From Cyanobacteria bacterium J06626_4 (lineage in GTDB: Bacteria; Cyanobacteriota; Cyanobacteriia; Phormidesmidales; Phormidesmidaceae), in the NCBI GenBank assembly GCA_038523235.1, contig JBCBJQ010000109.1:1-19623 (forward strand): a stretch of DNA of 19,623 nt, read 5' to 3'. The notes under the pieces are model-generated. The model ran no database searches. It was not told the DNA's origin and saw only the letters and a list, made by a program, of their open reading frames with translations. A program made the position numbers and the translations under genes. Below are positions 17,169-19,623 of this stretch, one piece after another. Position 1 is the first letter of the stretch, and every line of letters starts with the position of its first letter.

Positions 17169-17366
17169 ATGCGTTCGTTTACTTATACGTCTTTGATGGA
17201 AATACAAGCCGCTAGTGCTCCTTATTTTTCTAGCATTGCAGTTATTGGCATTGTTGGCTTCATTGCAGCAGTTGGGATTGGCTCCATTTCCTGGTACAAC
17301 TCTAAGCGCCCTGCTGGTTGGGAAAACAAAGAGCGTCCAGACATTGTCCCCAATGTAGATAAATAG
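17169..17366 (+). CDS. psb35: Photosystem II assembly protein Psb35
   Basis: Single TM helix and IGIVGFIAAV.IGSI.WYNSKRPAGWE.KERPDIVP motif; alternative start at 17196. Confidence 0.8.
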   Translation: MRSFTYTSLMEIQAASAPYFSSIAVIGIVGFIAAVGIGSISWYNSKRPAGWENKERPDIVPNVDK

Positions 17367-17430
17367 CGTCGACCATCAATTTGTCATTTCGAACCTATCT
17401 GACAACAGATTGAGACTCAATATTATTCTA

Positions 17431-17466
17431 AAGGCATTCGATTCTTAATGAATTGGGTGCTTTTTT
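17431..17466 (+). terminator. Intrinsic terminator after psb35
   Basis: GCATTCGATTC-ttaat-GAATTGGGTGC (G-U pairs) followed by TTTTTT. Confidence 0.7.
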
Positions 17467-17579
17467 ATAGGTCAATTAAAGTCAACTTATCCATAAGTAT
17501 TTGTATGCAAAAAGAGAGATGCTAAGCCAGCAATTTTCTTGTCTAATGAGAGTGCTGTTTTGCTGATTGAGGTGAACTA

Positions 17580-17744
17580 ATGCTCAGGTATACACTGCTC
17601 TTTTTCGTTATTGCTATTATCGCTGCCGTGTTTGGCTTTAGCGGTATCGCGGCGGGGGCTGCGAGTATCGCCCAGGTTTTATTCTTTATTTTCTTGGCGT
17701 TGTTTGCGGTATCGCTCGTAATGCGTTTGCTCAAGACGGCCTAA
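17580..17744 (+). CDS. DUF1328 (UPF0391, YtjA-like) small membrane protein
   Basis: [54 protein letters not shown], 54 aa, GAGGTG RBS; shorter than any ORF in the supplied track. Confidence 0.93.
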   Translation: MLRYTLLFFVIAIIAAVFGFSGIAAGAASIAQVLFFIFLALFAVSLVMRLLKTA

Positions 17745-17759
17745 GCCCGCCAAAACTCG

Positions 17760-17793
17760 AAAGCCTCCCGAAAAATATTTTTTGGGAGGCTTT
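17760..17793. terminator. Bidirectional terminator between DUF1328 and the deaminase
   Basis: AAAGCCTCCCGAAAAA-ta-TTTTTTGGGAGGCTTT between convergent stops. Confidence 0.8.
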
Positions 17794-17834
17794 GCGGTAT
17801 CTGAAAAATTCTCTGCCGAGAAGCTAACTAGCCC

Positions 17835-18284
17835 TTACAGATCTTCTAGCGGAAACTCTTGGTGAAGCTGCTTACAAGCATCGCGCAACAGGCCATTCTC
17901 GATGGTGCATTGTTTGGGCGATCGCTGAAAGACTTCCTCACAGGGAATATCAATCATGTTGGGATTGCCATCGGTAAAGTCAGCTGCTCCCACGCCGTAG
18001 ACAATGTGCTGTATCCCTGCCCACAGGCAAGTCGCGGCACACATGGCGCAGGGCTCACAGGTTGAATACAGCGTGTAAGCGCCCGACGGAGCAGCATTAC
18101 CGAATCGTTTAGCGAGCTGACGAATTGCATTGACTTCAGCATGGCAGACCGGATCTTGATCCGTTTGTACCGTATTGCCAGCCTGTTCAATGACTTCGCC
18201 CTCTTGAACAATCACTGCGCCAAAGGGGGTTTGACTTTTGCGAGCTTCCTCAATGGCGAGACGCATAAATGCTTCTGAGTTCAT
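17835..18284 (-). CDS. Nucleoside/nucleobase deaminase (cytidine deaminase fold, GuaD/TadA-like)
   Basis: PFGAVIV, HAEVNAIR and CEPCAMC zinc-binding motifs; GAGGA RBS. Confidence 0.9.
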   Translation of the reverse strand: MNSEAFMRLAIEEARKSQTPFGAVIVQEGEVIEQAGNTVQTDQDPVCHAEVNAIRQLAKRFGNAAPSGAYTLYSTCEPCAMCAATCLWAGIQHIVYGVGAADFTDGNPNMIDIPCEEVFQRSPKQCTIENGLLRDACKQLHQEFPLEDL

Positions 18285-18320
18285 AAACCGATTTATCCTC
18301 TTTCAAATAAAAATCCGCAA

Positions 18321-18351
18321 AAAAAAGAGGCGTAATACTCGCCTCTTTTTT
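18321..18351 (-). terminator. Intrinsic terminator after csbD
   Basis: AAAAAAGAGGCG-taatact-CGCCTCTTTTTT, with T-tracts on both strands. Confidence 0.85.
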
Positions 18352-18370
18352 GAATTGAATGCAAAAGCAA

Positions 18371-18553
18371 CTAGTCAATCGCTTGCTTGACTTGATCTTT
18401 CACATCTTCTTTACCGTGCTGAGCGCTAGCCTCTACTTGCTTGGCTTTACCTTCAGCTTCGTCAGAAGTGTTGCCCGTCAAATCGCCAACAGTCTCTTGG
18501 ACTTTACCTTCAACGTTTTTAGCCGTTGCTTCTACTCTATCTTCGATACCCAT
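18371..18553 (-). CDS. csbD: CsbD family general stress protein
   Basis: MGIEDRVEATAKNVEGKVQETVGDLTGN...AEGKAKQVE, 60 aa; GAGGA RBS before ATG 18553. Confidence 0.93.
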   Translation of the reverse strand: MGIEDRVEATAKNVEGKVQETVGDLTGNTSDEAEGKAKQVEASAQHGKEDVKDQVKQAID

Positions 18554-18588
18554 AATCACTGAGTCCTCTGAAAATCGTCTACTCTTCC

Positions 18589-18632
18589 ACAATAAAAAGA
18601 AACTGGATTGATGCCCTCCGCCGGAAGGGGGA
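18589..18632 (-). promoter_or_regulatory. 7-2-7 box + N22 + -10 for csbD
   Basis: TCCGCCG-GA-AGGGGGA (18617-18632), 22 nt, TATTGT (18594-18589). Confidence 0.55.
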
Positions 18633-18902
18633 TCTGGCCCTGGATTGATTTACTTCGAAATGGCGATTACTTGGTGATGCTAAGGATAGAAATCCGCAAA
18701 TGGGCTCATATTGGGGACTTCCTCGATAATCTGCGGCGAGGGAGAAACTCTATAGGAGAATAACTAACCGCAGGCGATTTCTTTAGCTTTTAAGTTCGCC
18801 AGCAAACATCTACCTCAATCAAATATTTGCTGGCGAAACGCGCTATTTCTACTTTTAGCGCTGCTACGCGATTGACTAGATGCGGAAGAATTACCGCAGC
18901 GA

Positions 18903-19623
18903 CTACTGAGGGGAAATGCTAAAGAGTTCTTCGGCAGAAGTGGGGTGAATCGCGACAATTTTGGCGAGTTCTTGTCGAGCAATGCCCTGCTTTAAGGCCG
19001 GTAGCAACCCTTGGATGATTTCTGGCGCTTGGTCACCGGCCAAATGCACGCCTACCACCTGTTGGGTCTGACGATTAAACACCCATTTGATGACGGATGC
19101 GGGTGGGTCGGTCATCAAACTGTACTTGAGGGGAGTAAAGGTTTGCGAGACGGTTTCTACTGCGTCATCCCCCAACTGCTCCCGCGCCTCGGGTTCAGAC
19201 CAGCCCACGGTAGCGAGGGGCGGCATACCAAACACTGCCGAGGGAATCCAGCGATAGTCCATACGGGTGGCCTGCTGACAGATCGTTTGGGCCACGGCCT
19301 GACCTTCGGCGATCGCCACGGGCGTGAGCGGCAGGCGGCCCACACAATCGCCCACCGCATAGATTGACGGTTGTGAGGTTTGCCCATACTCATCCACCAC
19401 GATTTTGCCATCCTCCACCTTGACCCCAGCAGCTTCTAGATTGAGCGGAGAAAGTTTGGGCGATCGCCCCACTGCTAGCAGCACGGCATCCGTTGTGACA
19501 GTTTGGCTTGACTGATCCGGCCCCGATAGAGATAAGCGATACTGTTCGCCTTGACGTTCGATCTCCTTGCCCGTCATGGCGGCGATGAATTCGACACCCA
19601 GGCGCGTCAATCCGCTTTGGGCA
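18903..19623 (-). CDS. gor: Glutathione reductase-like pyridine nucleotide-disulfide oxidoreductase (5' part outside window)
   Basis: LLAVGRSP, IYAVGDC, LTPVAIAEG, IPSAVF and C-terminal IHPTSAEE; the frame runs off the window edge, so the redox-active Cys pair is not visible. Confidence 0.75.
   Translation of the reverse strand, partial: AQSGLTRLGVEFIAAMTGKEIERQGEQYRLSLSGPDQSSQTVTTDAVLLAVGRSPKLSPLNLEAAGVKVEDGKIVVDEYGQTSQPSIYAVGDCVGRLPLTPVAIAEGQAVAQTICQQATRMDYRWIPSAVFGMPPLATVGWSEPEAREQLGDDAVETVSQTFTPLKYSLMTDPPASVIKWVFNRQTQQVVGVHLAGDQAPEIIQGLLPALKQGIARQELAKIVAIHPTSAEELFSISPQ

Noticed and set aside
17543..17734. 63-aa minus-strand ORF
   Set aside because: Antisense shadow of the DUF1328 gene.
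18554..18592. N-terminal extension of CsbD in the ORF track
   Set aside because: The RBS precedes ATG 18553, and the longer start overlaps the predicted -10.

Overview
This window is cyanobacterial: the HIP1 octamer GCGATCGC occurs about 18 times, and there is a psb35 gene plus heptamer and GTAG-type short repeats. It is a dense general-stress/desiccation-type island. It encodes two DUF1206 membrane proteins, Dps, a cardiolipin-synthase-like phospholipase D, a HAD hydrolase, a soluble histidine kinase with an RsbRD-N-like sensor, DedA, an AI-2E transporter, two SDR oxidoreductases, a cytoplasmic alpha-amylase, Psb35, DUF1328 (missed by the ORF track), a nucleoside deaminase, CsbD, several small hydrophilic proteins and the 3' part of a glutathione-reductase-like gene. 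There are also decayed IS110 and IS1-like fragments and a probable TrkH/KtrB gene remnant. The main observation is non-coding. Most transcription units are preceded by a degenerate 16-bp 7-2-7 palindrome (consensus TCTAYCT-N2-AGRTAGA) lying 22 bp upstream of a (T/C)AnnnT -10 hexamer, i.e. centred near -42.5. This is the layout of a class II activator-dependent promoter and suggests one island-wide regulon. The regulator is not identified; a NarL/LuxR-type protein is an inference. All motif calls were made by eye and no database search was run.
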